A stretch of 64,000 nucleotides of DNA from Cetorhinus maximus. Its lineage: Eukaryota. The notes beneath the pieces were generated by a model. That model had not been told where the DNA came from and made no database searches. It worked only from the letters and a program-made list of their open reading frames with translations. The translations under genes were made by a program, and so were the position numbers. The stretch spans positions 8,742,001-8,806,000 of the forward strand of contig NC_135888.1 in assembly GCF_964194155.1 (NCBI RefSeq), read 5' to 3'. Below are positions 12,448 through 25,395 of the stretch, piece after piece (the first letter of the stretch is position 1; every line of letters begins with the position of its first letter).

Positions 12448-13581
12448 TGGTGGTGTAAATTTTGTACAGAAACCTTTGTGTCAATTTGTGAAATCCTAAA
12501 ATGGAACTGCAGCTTTACCACATCATAAACTATGTTGAGTGGTAAGATGATGTATCGGCTCCATTCTAGAGCTGCAGTGGACGAGTGCCTTGGGCCCACC
12601 ATACACCAGCTTCCTCTGGCATTAATTAGCGAGTTGTATGAGAAACCCGGTTTTGGGAAAAGTTGAAGGTCACTGAATTTTGTACATTTTTCCTCCTGAG
12701 CTATTTTTTTAAGAGTTTGCAATATTAATTCGGGGCTGTGACTGTGCCATTCTTTAAGAAACCACGGGTCAAGATAGATGTCCAGCGACGAACACCTGGG
12801 ATGGGAAGAGATGCTTTGTGTATCTAAGTTGGCAAACAGCTGCTGTTGCCTGGCTAAAGTCTCTTGCTGATTGGTTAAAAACACCTGGCCTGAAAGAAGT
12901 ATTCTTTGAACTTCTTAGTCCTAAAGACTCTCAGTCAGAGAGAGAGAGAGTGTGTGGGTGCCTTAAAAGCAGGCTGCAAGGAAAAGACTCTGTCTTTCCC
13001 TCTCTGCCCCACCTTTGCGTTAAACTTCCGTCAGAAATGTCTCATCAGGATAACCCATCTGTTTTTTGAGAATTCGCAAAGGTGTGATAAGTAAGAGTCA
13101 TCAAGGACAGTTTTCACCAAAAAATCCACCTGAAGGAACTTCTAGACCTATTGTAACCAGAATTCTGTTAGATCAACAGCATCGAAATCTCTTTGAATGT
13201 TATCGTTTTAAAAGAAACTTTCCCGTACTCCAGCCTCTGCAGGGGCCTGTGCTTGTTTAGTCCTGTTTTGTGTGTGTGTGTGTGTGTGTGTCCATGGGGG
13301 TTCGAATATCTGATTTTTTCAAAAGGGGAAAATGGTTACACTTCTAAACTACAACTTATATGTTAACCAGTTTATTAACTTGTTTTTTCTTTTAAATGTA
13401 GTTTGTTTTATAATAAATCCAATATTTTTTGTGCTTACTGAAAGAAGCCTGGAAATAATAGTATCAAAGGTAAACAGTTGACCAGTTTTGTGGGTGAATT
13501 AAACATCTAAACTATTGTTACGAACTGTGGAGAAGTGGGACTAGAATTAACTGCACATTCCTCCCATCACGGCCTGTAACA
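12448..13581 (+). mobile_element. Probable solo LTR (about 1.1 kb)
   Basis: TG...GTAACA termini flanked by ATTG on both sides; internal (AG)n and (TG)n runs; AATAAA near 13412; no coding capacity. Confidence 0.5.
13269..13291 (+). repeat. (TG)n microsatellite
   Basis: Direct reading. Confidence 0.95.
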
Positions 13582-15569
13582 ATTGGCAGATCTTACTCGC
13601 AGCAAATCTTGCTGCAAACTGGCAGGTAAGCAGGTATAACCTGGCTGCACATATTCTCCATGGTGCTCCCATTTACTGCCTTGTGCTTGAGGCCATTCAG
13701 AGCTATTTGAGACCACAAATGGAGAAGAAAGTGTTCCAGATTATAAATTTCTAGCATTTTACCTTTTTATAAAGTTTGCCCCTCAGTTTTTGTTAAGCTG
13801 TTTAATTCTTCAGTGCTACTATAATCAGAGGTTTGAGGTGAACTAATGACTAGCAATCAATTCAGCCATTAAAATTACTGGCATCTCTCTGTATCAGCTG
13901 TATTTGTTTCCATTTTTACATTTTTTTCACAATTTAGGATTGCTAGTTTGAATATGGGCAGAAGTGTGAGACCTGAGGCGTTCTTATCTAACAAACAAAT
14001 GATGGTATCACAGTCTGAGGTTTTTTTTTTAAAATTGACATTTTGCTAATTTAGAACTGAAATAGGTTTACAAAAGTTTGATTTGGAGTGGGCAGGTACT
14101 TTTGTGTCATTCAACTTGCATGCCTTGATTTGTGAACTGGTTTACAAAATTGTGTAATTTTAATTTGTATTCCAGAGCAAAAATATATCACCAAAGTCTT
14201 ATTTTTGTTACTTCAGCACTGTGGTTTGCAAAAACCCAGAATAATGTTATGGGAATGCCTGGTTCAGGCAGTAATAAATTACTCTTTCTAAACTTTATGG
14301 TATGGAATAAAAAACGTTAATGTCACCTGTGTTTTGAAGTAGGTTCACATTAAGGATTTAATGAGCTACAGATCAGTTCTTGCCGTTTCTAACTAAATAT
14401 GTGTTGCACCCCAAAGGATGAAAAAAAAAAATTGATGATTTTTGTTCCTGGTGAAATTCTACTTAGCTTTCTAGTCTTGCAAAAACCCCGTCATTGACTA
14501 GAGCAGAAATGTCTGTAAATGTACTACAGGGACCAGAGGTTTGTGGTCTGTCTACTAAATGAAAAAAGGAATTAGTGAATGATTTTTTGCTGTGTGTGTA
14601 GTCACCTGGGATTGACATTGTAAACTGGGTTATTAAACTGAAGGTGATAAAGGAGAAAATATTGATCCTTTGCCTTTGAAAGTATGCAAGGCTCTTTTGT
14701 TTGTCTGCATAGACTGTATTTCAACGCTGCTGGAAAAAACCCACAACCGAGTTTTCAAATTTCCTCCTTCAGGTTGTTTATTTCCTAAAGCGGTTACCAG
14801 CATTTTTTACGCTGGAATATTTTGTTGCCATTTTCTCCCAGGTTGTAAAAAGAAGTTTAGATATCAGTTTAACGATGTCTTAAATCTAATACTGACAGCA
14901 TAACAGTCTAGCACATCAGCACTATTTCATTCCAGGATCTTTAAATTAATTTTCCTTTTGGAAAATAAATTACATCCATACAGTTTATGAAGTCCTGATA
15001 CAGTTTGTCGCGAAGTACTTGTGGAGGAACACGCAGATTAAAAAAAAAAAGGATTGTCAGTACGTGTGTACAGTTACACTATTTGTGCACAGGGTCAGAA
15101 TAATTTGGCAACTATCCCTGAGGTTTGGTTGGATCAGGGTTATCACAGAAACGGCACAAAGTCGTGTATGTGTGAGGCATTATGCTCCGTGGAGCTGCCC
15201 ATGAGAGTTAATATCTGTACGTGGACTGTGACATTCTTGAGTGTTGCTCACTGTTTGGGAGGTGCCTGAGCTGTGTGGGCTTTCAGGAATGGATTCCGAA
15301 TTGCCTGGTATTTACATAATTCCAGGTGGAGTCCATACATGTTTTACAAACATGTTTGTTTTAAACTTTGGTATTTGAAAGCTTCACGACTTAACTGACA
15401 TATCATTGTGCTTTCCTAAATGTGTTGCTTGACGTTGTGTGATGGTAAATTTCAGGAATGTTGCATGTATGTACCACGCAAGATTTCAAACTAAAGTCTT
15501 TGTTAAGCAAGAAAGAGACCCAGTTGTTGCAATGCAAAAATATTTACATGTTCACTTCCAGTATCACAA

Positions 15570-16310
15570 GAGTTATAACAAAGCAGATAGACTATTAGAA
15601 TCTATGACCAGGCTGACCCAGTATAAAACAAAAAACACAGTGTTGTCAGACCTTTGCCCTTGTCTAGAAAATGGACCCCTCATATGGCGGATGACATGCA
15701 AGCCTTGGAAAATGTTCAAAGAAGGACCAGTAGATTGATACCAGTTGAAATACCTTTCGTTAACCACGGTAAATTTCAGACATGGGTCTTTTTATTGTAG
15801 CAAAGCATAGACCCTGGCAAAATTGAGTTCTTTAAAATCATGAAGGGACTATACAATGTGCATGTGGATAGACTATTTAAGTTGGATAGGCTGGGGAGAA
15901 CCTGAGGACAGGTGAATATGTTAGATGTCAAGAGGTATTTATTTTATTTTGGCAGAAGGTCATTAACCTTTGCAGCTCATGCAGTGAAATGTGGATTTGC
16001 TCCAAGCTGGACCAGTTCCTGGTTGTGTACGAAAGAAAGGTGGGATCTTGGGTTATGTGCCTTATGGCCACTGTGGTCTTTGGAATTCCTTTTTTTAACT
16101 GAAGGAGTCAAAAAGGAATTTCCCAGGTTTTTCGCCCCCCAGATTTAGCTTAGGGCTTTTGTTAATGTATATTTTGCTTCTTTTAGGATATTGCGGCTGT
16201 TGGTTGTTGGAAAGCTTTGGGGAACACGATGCACAGTTTGCACTATGACTGCATGGGGCGAGTTCAGTGAACCAGCTGGTTTTATTTCCTGTTTGTCAAT
16301 TTTCTATGTT
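15570..16310 (+). mobile_element. Highly decayed CR1 LINE 3' fragment
   Basis: DDMQALENVQRRTSRLIP...IEFFKIMKG motif recoverable across frameshifts. Confidence 0.7.
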
Positions 16311-17479
16311 CTTGTGTAAAACAAATTCAATTATTCCAAAATTTACCAATCTGTTGAAAATTTCTGCATTAGAAACCATTTGGGACCAGCAGAAGTAAAT
16401 CATAATGTTGCATAATCAATTGTCTGCTGCTCAATTCAAGCTTTGCCTTCTGTATGGCCCATTGAGGACCTCTAGTGGCAGGAAACCTAACACCTGAAGC
16501 CATACCAGCAATTGTTTGATGCTAACAGACCCTGATTGATTATCTTGATGAACTGCTTTCTATTGTGATCTCAATTCATGAGAAGATTTGATAAATTCGT
16601 GCTGGTATCCTTTTGATGTTCTTAGATGTCTCTGATGATCAGATGGTAGAGTGCTGCACAGTTCACTCCAGTGGGATTTACTGCCTTTGAACATTGAAGC
16701 CACATTTTTTTCTTAACTTGCTGATTTTGCCAAACCCAGTCATGGTAACAGTTCAGCTTGAAATTGCTACATTTTTAATTGTTGATTCAGAGCAAATTGC
16801 AAATTCCAGTCCAACATATATGAATCATGGCTAAATCTAATAATTTGTTTAGCCAAGAGATGCCAAGACTATAGCTGAAGTGAAACGAATGTTTTTTGAA
16901 ATTGTTGGATTTTCTTTATGTGAACAGACATACTAATGACTTGAAGCTTAGTTTCTGTTAAGATATGAGATGTCTTCCACCTCTGCTATGGGCTAAGCAA
17001 TGACGAATTAATAGTCAAGATTCTTCACTCACACATCAGATTGTAAAGCGAGTTTCTTTGCTGTAGTCAAGCAGCTGTTGCCATAGCTTTATTCTTATGC
17101 CCTACAAAGTGGAAGTTTGCAGAGTTCCATACCCAAGGGTAGTTTGACCCCAAATGCAGTGGTCTGCAAATACATTTGATATAACATTTGTGCTGCTCTA
17201 TCAGATGATCCGAAAGTGGCAAATATTGCACAGCGAGCAGAATTTCACAGACTAAAGCAACTAATTTGTTAAATGATAATTTCAAGCTCAATTATCAGCA
17301 TGGATTAAAAGTACTGTAAACATAATGCATGCAATTATGAGCCTGTAATGAGTCAGCTGTAACTTCATGACCTCTGATTTGCTTTTGAGTTTAAATTGTC
17401 ACGTTAAACTTTTTATGATACATGGCCTGCAGCATAGTGCACCCTAAATTTAATAGCAACTCATTTTCAGAATGGTTTT

Positions 17480-18240
17480 GAGAAATAAGGAATGGTAGAC
17501 TTCATTCAGACAGAGGATATTTGGCTTTCGAGGGGTGTTCAGCATAGATTCTCTATAATTAAAGCAGGACTACAAAGGTTAAGTTATGACCACCACCTGC
17601 AAGTTTCCCTTCATTCCACACATTATCCTGATGTGGAAGTATATCGCTGTTTCTTCACTCTCGTTGGGTCATAACCCTGGAACTCCCTTCCTAACAATAC
17701 TGTGGTTGTACCTACACTGCAAGGACTGCAGCAGTTCAAGAAGGCAGGCCACCACTGCCTTCTCAAGGGCAATTAGGGATGGACAATAAATGCTGGCCTT
17801 GCCAGCAATGTCCACACCCAAAGAATAAAAAAAAGAGAATACTTTGCACTGGCTAGGCTTGTATTCCCTTAGTGGTAGGAGGTTGAGGATGATCTAATTG
17901 CCATGTTTAAGATGATTAAATGAGTTGATAGGACGGTTGGGACAGAAACAGTTTCTTCTGGTGGAGGAGACCAGAGCAAGAGGGGTATATCTTTAGAATT
18001 AGAGAGGGCCCTTCCTGGGATGATGCCAGGAAGCACTGCATCACACAGAGTATCAGAAATCTGGAACACTGTGGCTAGGTCAGTTGAACATTTCAACACT
18101 GAGATTGCTAGGTTTTTGTTCAGCAAGGATATTAGGGTTAAGGAACCAAGACGGGTAGATGGAGTTGAGATGCTGATCAGCCGTGATCTAATTAAATTGA
18201 GGAACAGGCTTGAGGGGCTGAATGACCTACCCCAGGTCCT
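17480..18240 (+). mobile_element. CR1 3' fragment with a nested 3' end of a second LINE family (about 17590-17834)
   Basis: CR1 GLQRLSY is interrupted and resumes as LHWLGLYSL after an A-tailed insert homologous to about 51780-52012. Confidence 0.8.
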
Positions 18241-19329
18241 TTATGATGAATTCAATGTCTTTCAACCTCCTCCTTGTTCACCCGCAAGCTGGGATAGTTT
18301 ATCTTAGAACTGTTAAGTTTAAGTAGCCACTTTTGAAAGAAATCTCATGCTTTTTCAAACTCTATAATCAGTATTTCTGTTAACTACTTGAGGTAGAAAT
18401 TCCCAGACATACATTATAATATGTGTCTAATTAACAATGTGAAACAGGTGACAGGTGTCATAAATACAGTCCTGAAGATCTATGAACAATTTGCGTATCT
18501 GTGTCAAACTTGCATATCTTCAGAATGGAGCAAACCAGTTATTTTCCAATCAAAAGAACAATGTTGCTAATTAAATGAAGAAAATGAGTCAAATTTAATC
18601 TTTAGATCAAAGACAGAATTTGATTTTTCAGTAAATGAAACCAGCAATTCCATTTTTTACTGCGTTAAAATTGTTAGATCCAGAACGTGGGAGTTGAGTG
18701 TAAGAATTTTTTTCAAACTTAATCAATGTCATCTGTGCTCAATGCCAAGGACTGAAATTGACCACTTGCTTCCTACTTTAGTGTGACTTTATTTACACAA
18801 TATCTAGGAATGTAGAATTACCTAGGAGCCAAATTAAAACCCTCCTTACTGTAACAGCGTACTGAATTGATGTGAGTTTCCTTGTGCTTTTGTAGTCTTC
18901 CTGGAGAAAGAATGAACAATATTGACAGTGCAACTTGTGGTATAATCTTGAATTAGGCATCTTTAAAAGGAAAGGTTAATTTGCAGTACAAAGCCCATGT
19001 AACAAATTTCACTTAGTTACTGAAGCTTGATTCCCCTGCAAAACAAAAAGTGAAAAAAAATAATGAAGGTGTTACATTTCACTTGTGGTCTGCACTGTAG
19101 CCTGAAAACCTTGATTTATGCTTGAGGTTTCAGATAACTGCCACAAAGTATTTAGGTATCCATCTCTAACTCAAGAAATTTAAGATAGTGATATAGCTTC
19201 TAGCTATTCAGCTGCCTATCAAGTGGATTTGAAAGCATTTAGGGCCTTTTCCTCTCAAGCCTGTCTCTGGCCAGTCAAGGTGACAGTTAATAGATTGATA
19301 ACTATGCAGATAGTTGTCAGGAAGTGCGA

Positions 19330-19532
19330 TAGAAAATGTTGCAAACGCACCAGGCCAGTCCACTTCTGTGGAGACAACAGAAGAGGTAGCATTTGAGGTT
19401 TGGAGTGCTTTGCCAGAACTGAGGAAGGATCTACACCTGAAACACTGCCTCATTTGTCCTCTTTTCAGATGCTGACTGACCTTTTCAATGACTCAGCATT
19501 TTCTGCTTTTGTTTCAGATTTCCAGCATGTGC
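19330..19532. mobile_element. Old inverted Penelope-like terminal-repeat pair
   Basis: CTGAGGAAGGATCTACACCTGAAAC...agatgctg...tttgtttcagatttccagcat, preceded by a degenerate reverse-complement arm. Confidence 0.65.
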
Positions 19533-21815
19533 TTTTGGTGACTTTAACAATAGAAAGGTGTTAACATATTGAAGACAACTGCATTATCTTTGGAGCCGGT
19601 TGGCCATTCAATGCAATTTCTAGCCATATCTAAAATGCAAATTCCACCTGGAAAGAAGACATTAAGCCACAGTCATGCACTTTCCGCTCACCCTCTTTTT
19701 GAATTGGCTTTTGGAAATCTGAGTGTCGGAGCATGGTGTACTTCCACACCCCTGCCAATCAAAGATGAGTTTTAATACAGCAGTTTATGATCTGCTTAAC
19801 ATTGAGACCTTGGTAGGCTATGAACCCACATCTTCTTACTTTATGCCTCAGTGCAACCAAGCATCAACCAATTGCATCACCACACCATCTGCTTGTGCTT
19901 TTAAGATCATAGGTTTGCTTTTTCTTTATGGAAAAGTCAAACAAAATTACCTCCTTCTAGAATTGGGTATCTATGCAGAGAAATTGTGTTGCATTTTCAT
20001 CAACTGTGGCATTTTTTTTTATTGGGTGGAAAACTTTTGCCCCACTAAACAATGTTTATAACTGAAGGGACAGATAGATAATCTGTTCCCAAACCATTGT
20101 TGCTGTAAGCAGTCAATTCAGCGAAGCATTATTAGTCTCAGTTGGCTGTACTAGCGTTTGCCTTCTGAGTCAACTAAGTTCAGAAATTCCATTGAATTAA
20201 CTTGCTGATACCCCAGTCTGCTTTCCTTCAATCCATATTGGAGTACGAAGTGTGTTCAGGCTCTGAATAGCCATCTTTTTGAAAACTTTACTCTCAGTGA
20301 TTGAAATTTGGTTATAAAATGCGATATTTGTCTCTTTTTGAATATGCTGGACTGAACATGCTATTTGAGTTTCTGTCATTTGATTTCTGGCATAAATTCA
20401 TGCACACACCGATTCTCAACTGGAGAAGGAGTACATACAACAGTAAAGAACAGTTAACAGGCTTACAAAGACTTGGCCGTTCCCCTATGTCTAAACAAAG
20501 ACAGCATTTACTAACAGTTTTGTCCTTTTTAGATGCTAGGACTTTTTCTTGGCTTTGAATCCAAATTTTGATTGTGGATGCCTACAGCTCCTTTTGTTCT
20601 GTATTCTGCCCTTTTTGACAATTCTTTTACATTTCAAAAATGATAGTTAACGTGATTGTAAGATTCCTTGGTTACATCAGTAATAATGTACGACTATGAA
20701 GCAAGACAGGATTCTGTTTCTGTATCTATCGCCACTGACTGGCGATGTCTGGGGATTGCAAACAGTTAAGGCAGTCAAAGCTTGTTTATCACGCAACTTC
20801 GATGAATGATAACATATTTGTCTTTTTATCCTTCAAACAACATGTAGTGAAAAAGGAAACAACTGATAAAGGTTTGTGGTAGCAGTGCATTAGTGTTGAA
20901 AAAAATTATAGGCTACAGCATTTCACTATCTACTCCGAGTATTTTGTACTATCTGTACATATCTAGTGCAAGAGATCACCCCCTTAATATTATCAAAGCT
21001 ATAGATCTGAAATTACAGTTGCAACATGCCAGATAATTACTTTCCCCCTTCCCTCATTCTCCCAACCTTAATGCACGAACTTCAAAGAACTTAGGGACTT
21101 GCCTTTTTGAACATGATTTTGTAATTTGCCCATCCTGTTTTCTGATCGTGTTAAAAAATTCAGAAAGGTTGCTCTTTCTGCATTACAAAAGAATTTCCAT
21201 TAAAACCTTATTTGTCTTTGCATGCAATCTGAATTTTTTTTTAAACAAAATATTTGGTTCATAATGGTTTTAATTCATATGCTTTGAGATATAGCTCTTG
21301 AATTTTCTGCAATGTTTCTTCTAATTAGATTTTTTTTCTAATTAATGCAGATCTTAACTAGCCAGCCAAATCTAGAGAAGTAGAATTCCAGTTATCTGGA
21401 TAAGTTCGATATTAGCAAACTAAATTAATCAAGACATATCATTAGAACAAAACATATCATCATAAACAAGATGCTGTCTAAGAATGTTCTAAGATTTTTT
21501 TTTCTATTGCTGCACTAGTGTAGGTGCTCCTGACAGTTTGCAATTGAGCTGCTTGGCTAAGCAAGCTATGGTGTATATATTGTATGCACACCAAGTCTGA
21601 CTTGGCCCAGATCACAAACAGGAACTTCCTGTTTCAGTGATCTTGTACCCCATTGCAAGAACTCAGTCACACAAAGTCAGCAGACACATTTTATTCTTTT
21701 AACATGGGATTCGCAGCTGTTAGTGAGATGCCAGGCACATACAATATACGTTCCTTTTGTTCTTGTTTTAAGCTGTTTAAGTGAACAATGTTAGAATTTT
21801 TAACTTTGCATCCAG

Positions 21816-22580
21816 TGTTATATTCCAAAAAGCCAGGAGGATAGAACTGAAGCCAATCTTTAGACGCTTTTAAAAGCTTTATTTACAGAGTTTACAGATT
21901 ATAAAAAAAAATGTTGTCTTAACCCAACAACCAGAGTCAGAACAGTCTGTTCCAATCTATGGAACCACAAGCAAATTCCCAGTTATTGCCCACCACCTGC
22001 ATATAATTAAAAACAATTAATATACAATTAACAGATTCTCCTTTCCCTCTTTCAATAATAATGAGTTTATATGTATAAGCAAAATTTCAAAAATTAAATC
22101 AAAAATCCCCATGTTCTGTACAAGGCATTACATTGCAAGGTGCCCCACTTCTTCGTATGTGCATTTCTTTTGTTAAACTTTCATCCACCCATTTAATTTG
22201 AGAGATTTCCATTCCCTCCTATATATGCTTCAAACCAGCAAGGGCAATCCGTAACCTTTTCTCTCTCTCACTTTCAATACAGTGTACATTATCCCACAGT
22301 GAATGATCATCTACATAACATTCAACAGATATACTATCTTTAATAAGCCCATTGTATAGAATCTCACTTAAAATATTTGATAGTATCCCATATCCATTGC
22401 GCCCACAAGAGCCAGTGTTTTGGCAGCCAGAGTACTTTTAACAACCTTTTTTTAAATTTGCACACTACAAACAGGCACCTCCTAACCCGACAACCACACT
22501 CAGTCTATTCCTGTTTATAGGAGCACAAGTTAATGCCTGCCACCTGCCTGTAGTTGAAAACAATTAATATACAATTAACA
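21816..22580 (-). mobile_element. TRIM-like miniature LTR element (two diverged short LTRs, PPT, 5-bp TSD)
   Basis: LTR 21816-22033 (TGTTA...TAACA) and partial LTR about 22415-22580 share aaaacaattaatatacaattaaca etc.; pyrimidine tract 22034-22053 is a minus-strand PPT; TSD TCCAG/TCGAG. Confidence 0.7.
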
Positions 22581-22631
22581 TCGAGTGGGCTTACCAAATA
22601 GTTGGGACCCTGATTAAAATATTCAAAAAAA

Positions 22632-22850
22632 AGAAATTGCATTTATATAGTTCCTGTTATGCCCTTGGGTCATCCCAAAGCGCTTTATATCCATTGATGT
22701 ATTTTTGGAGTATAGTCACTTGTAGGAAAAGTGGCAGCCAGTTTGTATGCAGCAAGTTCCCATAAACAATCACATGAAAATGATCAGATAACTTGTTATA
22801 GTGATGTTAATTTAGGGATAAATACTGAACAAGACACCTGAAAGATAACT
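22632..22850 (-). mobile_element. Deu-domain SINE 3' fragment
   Basis: ttgcatttatatag...catcccaaagcgcttt...gtggcagccagtttg, reverse complement of the 7953-8400 tail. Confidence 0.7.
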
Positions 22851-23204
22851 CAATTAAAGTTTTGCTGCTGAGTAAACCCAACTGACTTGAATATTGATGG
22901 TAAAAAGGGAACAGCAAATATTTTTTTTTGTTTTGGAGTTTGTAAGCAATGACTGGCCACCTTATGGCTCTTTCCAGTACTTTTAAAAAAAAATCTTTCT
23001 TTCCTCTATTTCTGTCAATTTTCTCTATTCCGGTTCTGAAGGCATTGACTTATTAGGTTATAGTTCCGTGGGTGACTTACTAAAGCAGTCATGCGCTTTG
23101 TAACTCGATTGTGGGATCTGTCAGTGTACATTTGGATGATAGGCTTCCCCACTACGCAATCTGCTATGCAGATTGATCATCAAGAAGGACAAAAACAATA
23201 GGAT

Positions 23205-23447
23205 CATTGGATCTGCATCTCCCCCATGATCCTCTTGAAGGTGCATGCCATCTTGGCTTGGACATGGACTACTGTTCCATCATCACTGCTGTGTACACAT
23301 AGTAAAATTCCCTAGCTAACCCACTTGTGTAAGTGCTACCAGCAAAAGGACTGCATTGTTCAATAAGGCCTTTCTTGGGGCATTTAGATTTAGGCAATAA
23401 ATGAGACCTTGCCAATGTCACCCATATCTTGAGAGCAAGTAGAAAAA
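23205..23447 (+). mobile_element. Decayed 3' end of the LINE family at 51076-52012
   Basis: ggcaataaatgagaccttgccaatgtcacccatatc tail similarity. Confidence 0.6.
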
Positions 23448-23529
23448 TTTCAAAGTGGAAGGTGAATAACTGATATTCGGTGCTTCGAAAGCAAACTTAA
23501 ATGCTTTGGCTAAACTGGGGCAATATCAA

Positions 23530-23985
23530 TGACAACTTATATTTATATAGCACCAAGGTGCTTCATGAGCATATAAAACAAAGAATGACATCAAGTCACA
23601 TAAGGAGCTATTAGGACAGAAGATCAAAGCTTGGTCAAAGAGGTAGGTTTTAAGGAGTTTCTTGAATGAAGGAAGAAAGATAGAGAGGTGAAGGAAGGAC
23701 ATTCCAGAGCTTGGGGCTTCTGCACCCACCAATGGTGAAGCAGTTACAATTGGTGTTGCACAAGAGGCTAGAATTAGAGGAGGATAGATATCTCGATGGG
23801 GCTGAAGGAGATTACAGAGATGGGGAGGGTGAGGCTGAGGAGAGATTTGAAAATGAGGATGAACTATTCTAAAATCAAGGCGTTGCTTGACCAGGAGCCA
23901 ATATAGGTCAGTTAGCACAGGGGTGATAGGGAAACAGGACTTGGTGTGAGTTAAGACACGGGCAGCAGAGTTTTGGATGACCTGA
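23530..23985 (-). mobile_element. L2 LINE 3' end
   Basis: Minus ORF LTDLYWLLVKQRLDFRI...SFKKLLKTYLFDQA is a typical L2 ORF2 C-terminus; L2-type tail. Confidence 0.85.
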
Positions 23986-24657
23986 AGTCTACTCTGGTTT
24001 CTGTGCCCCTGCCTATACTAGCTGGACTGTCCCTCAACATCACTGCTGCCAAACCTTCCCCACCAGTGTTTGGTGATTCAGCTTTGCCTCATTCTTAAGA
24101 TCATTAGCTGCTTTTTCCATTTGTGCTGATACCTGCTTCAAGTGGGAGTTGATGGTTTTGTGAAATCTTTTAAGTTTGACCAGAAAAAGACTCTCTCTGA
24201 GAAGGGCAGATGGTACGTTGAGAAAATAAACACACTTAACCATTTGTCGCTATTTTACACATATGCCTTGTCACTGTGTGGTGACGTTGATGGATCATAT
24301 TTGACTATAATCTTCTTGGATCCCATGCCTCCCTAGCCCTCCCTCCTAAACAGATAGAGTAGCTTGCACAGGAGTGATTTGTTTCATGGCTGGTGGGAAC
24401 CACAATTTATTTTATATTTTCTGCTTCAATTTTTTTGCAAGTTTAGCTTTAACGTAAGAAGTATGAAGATTTCGAATAGCCAGTTTGACTTATTGAAGCT
24501 CTTTCATACAATAACTTCTGTTTCATCACATGTATAATGAAATTTGCTTAAGCATGTATTTTTCACTACCTTATTTGATACATTTTTCACAAACGTTTCT
24601 CTATGTTAGTACAATTTTTATATAAAGTTACTACTTTCCCTCATGTCTATATGTTTT

Positions 24658-25033
24658 ACTGATGATCAGACATTCTCCTATCTATGTAAGCCTTTCCCAC
24701 ATTATATTATTGTGTTGATCTCTGTCCACATTGAGCAGGAGTATAAACAAAATGTTCCCTACCATTTGTTAAGCTAAATAGAGTTACTTGCAGTGAGTAG
24801 AAATCTGTTAAATGTTGGTACAGATTTTAGTTCAATCTCAGCAGTTTTACTGAGATTGAACTAAAATCTGTACCAACATTTAACAGATTTCTACTCACTG
24901 CAAGTAACTCTATTTAGCTTAACAAATGGTAGGGAACATTTTGTTTATACTCCTGCTCAATGTGGACAGAGATCACCACAACAATATAATGTGGGAAAGG
25001 CTTACATAGATAGGAGAATGTCTGATCATCAGT
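24658..25033. repeat. Near-perfect palindrome: 184-bp arms, 8-nt spacer, 2 mismatches
   Basis: 24658-24841 is the reverse complement of 24850-25033, checked block by block; spacer CAGTTTTA. Confidence 0.98.
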
Positions 25034-25129
25034 TTTGAGATATTTATCCTAATTGTATTTGTCTGCTGTTTCTCTGAAAAACACTTGCCTTACAACATAA
25101 AAGTTGCATGTTCATCATTCCCTCGTTAA

Positions 25130-25395
25130 ATGTCCACTTGACTCAGTGGTAACAACCGTCATCTCTGAATCAGAAAATTGAGAATTGGCAAACTCTACTC
25201 TAAATCTTGAGCACACTAATGTCTTACATTCCTCCTTCAGCCAATGCACCAGTCATTCCTCTCATTGTTGTGGGAGCTTGCTATTTGCACATTTGCCTAC
25301 AGTGCAGTGGCTACAGTTCAAAAGTTAATTAATTGGCTGTGAAATGCTCTGGGAAATTTTGATGAGAAAATTGCTACATAAATGCAAGTTTTTTT
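25130..25395 (+). mobile_element. Internally deleted Deu-domain SINE
   Basis: actcagtggtaac...tctgaatcagaa head and tgtgggagcttgc...aattggctgtgaaatgc...ataaatgcaag tail. Confidence 0.6.

Noticed and set aside
24658-25033. C/D-box snoRNA or hammerhead suggested by CTGATGA and CTGA at the ends
   Set aside because: The motifs mirror each other only because of the palindrome; no helix II-GAAA follows; length is wrong for a snoRNA.
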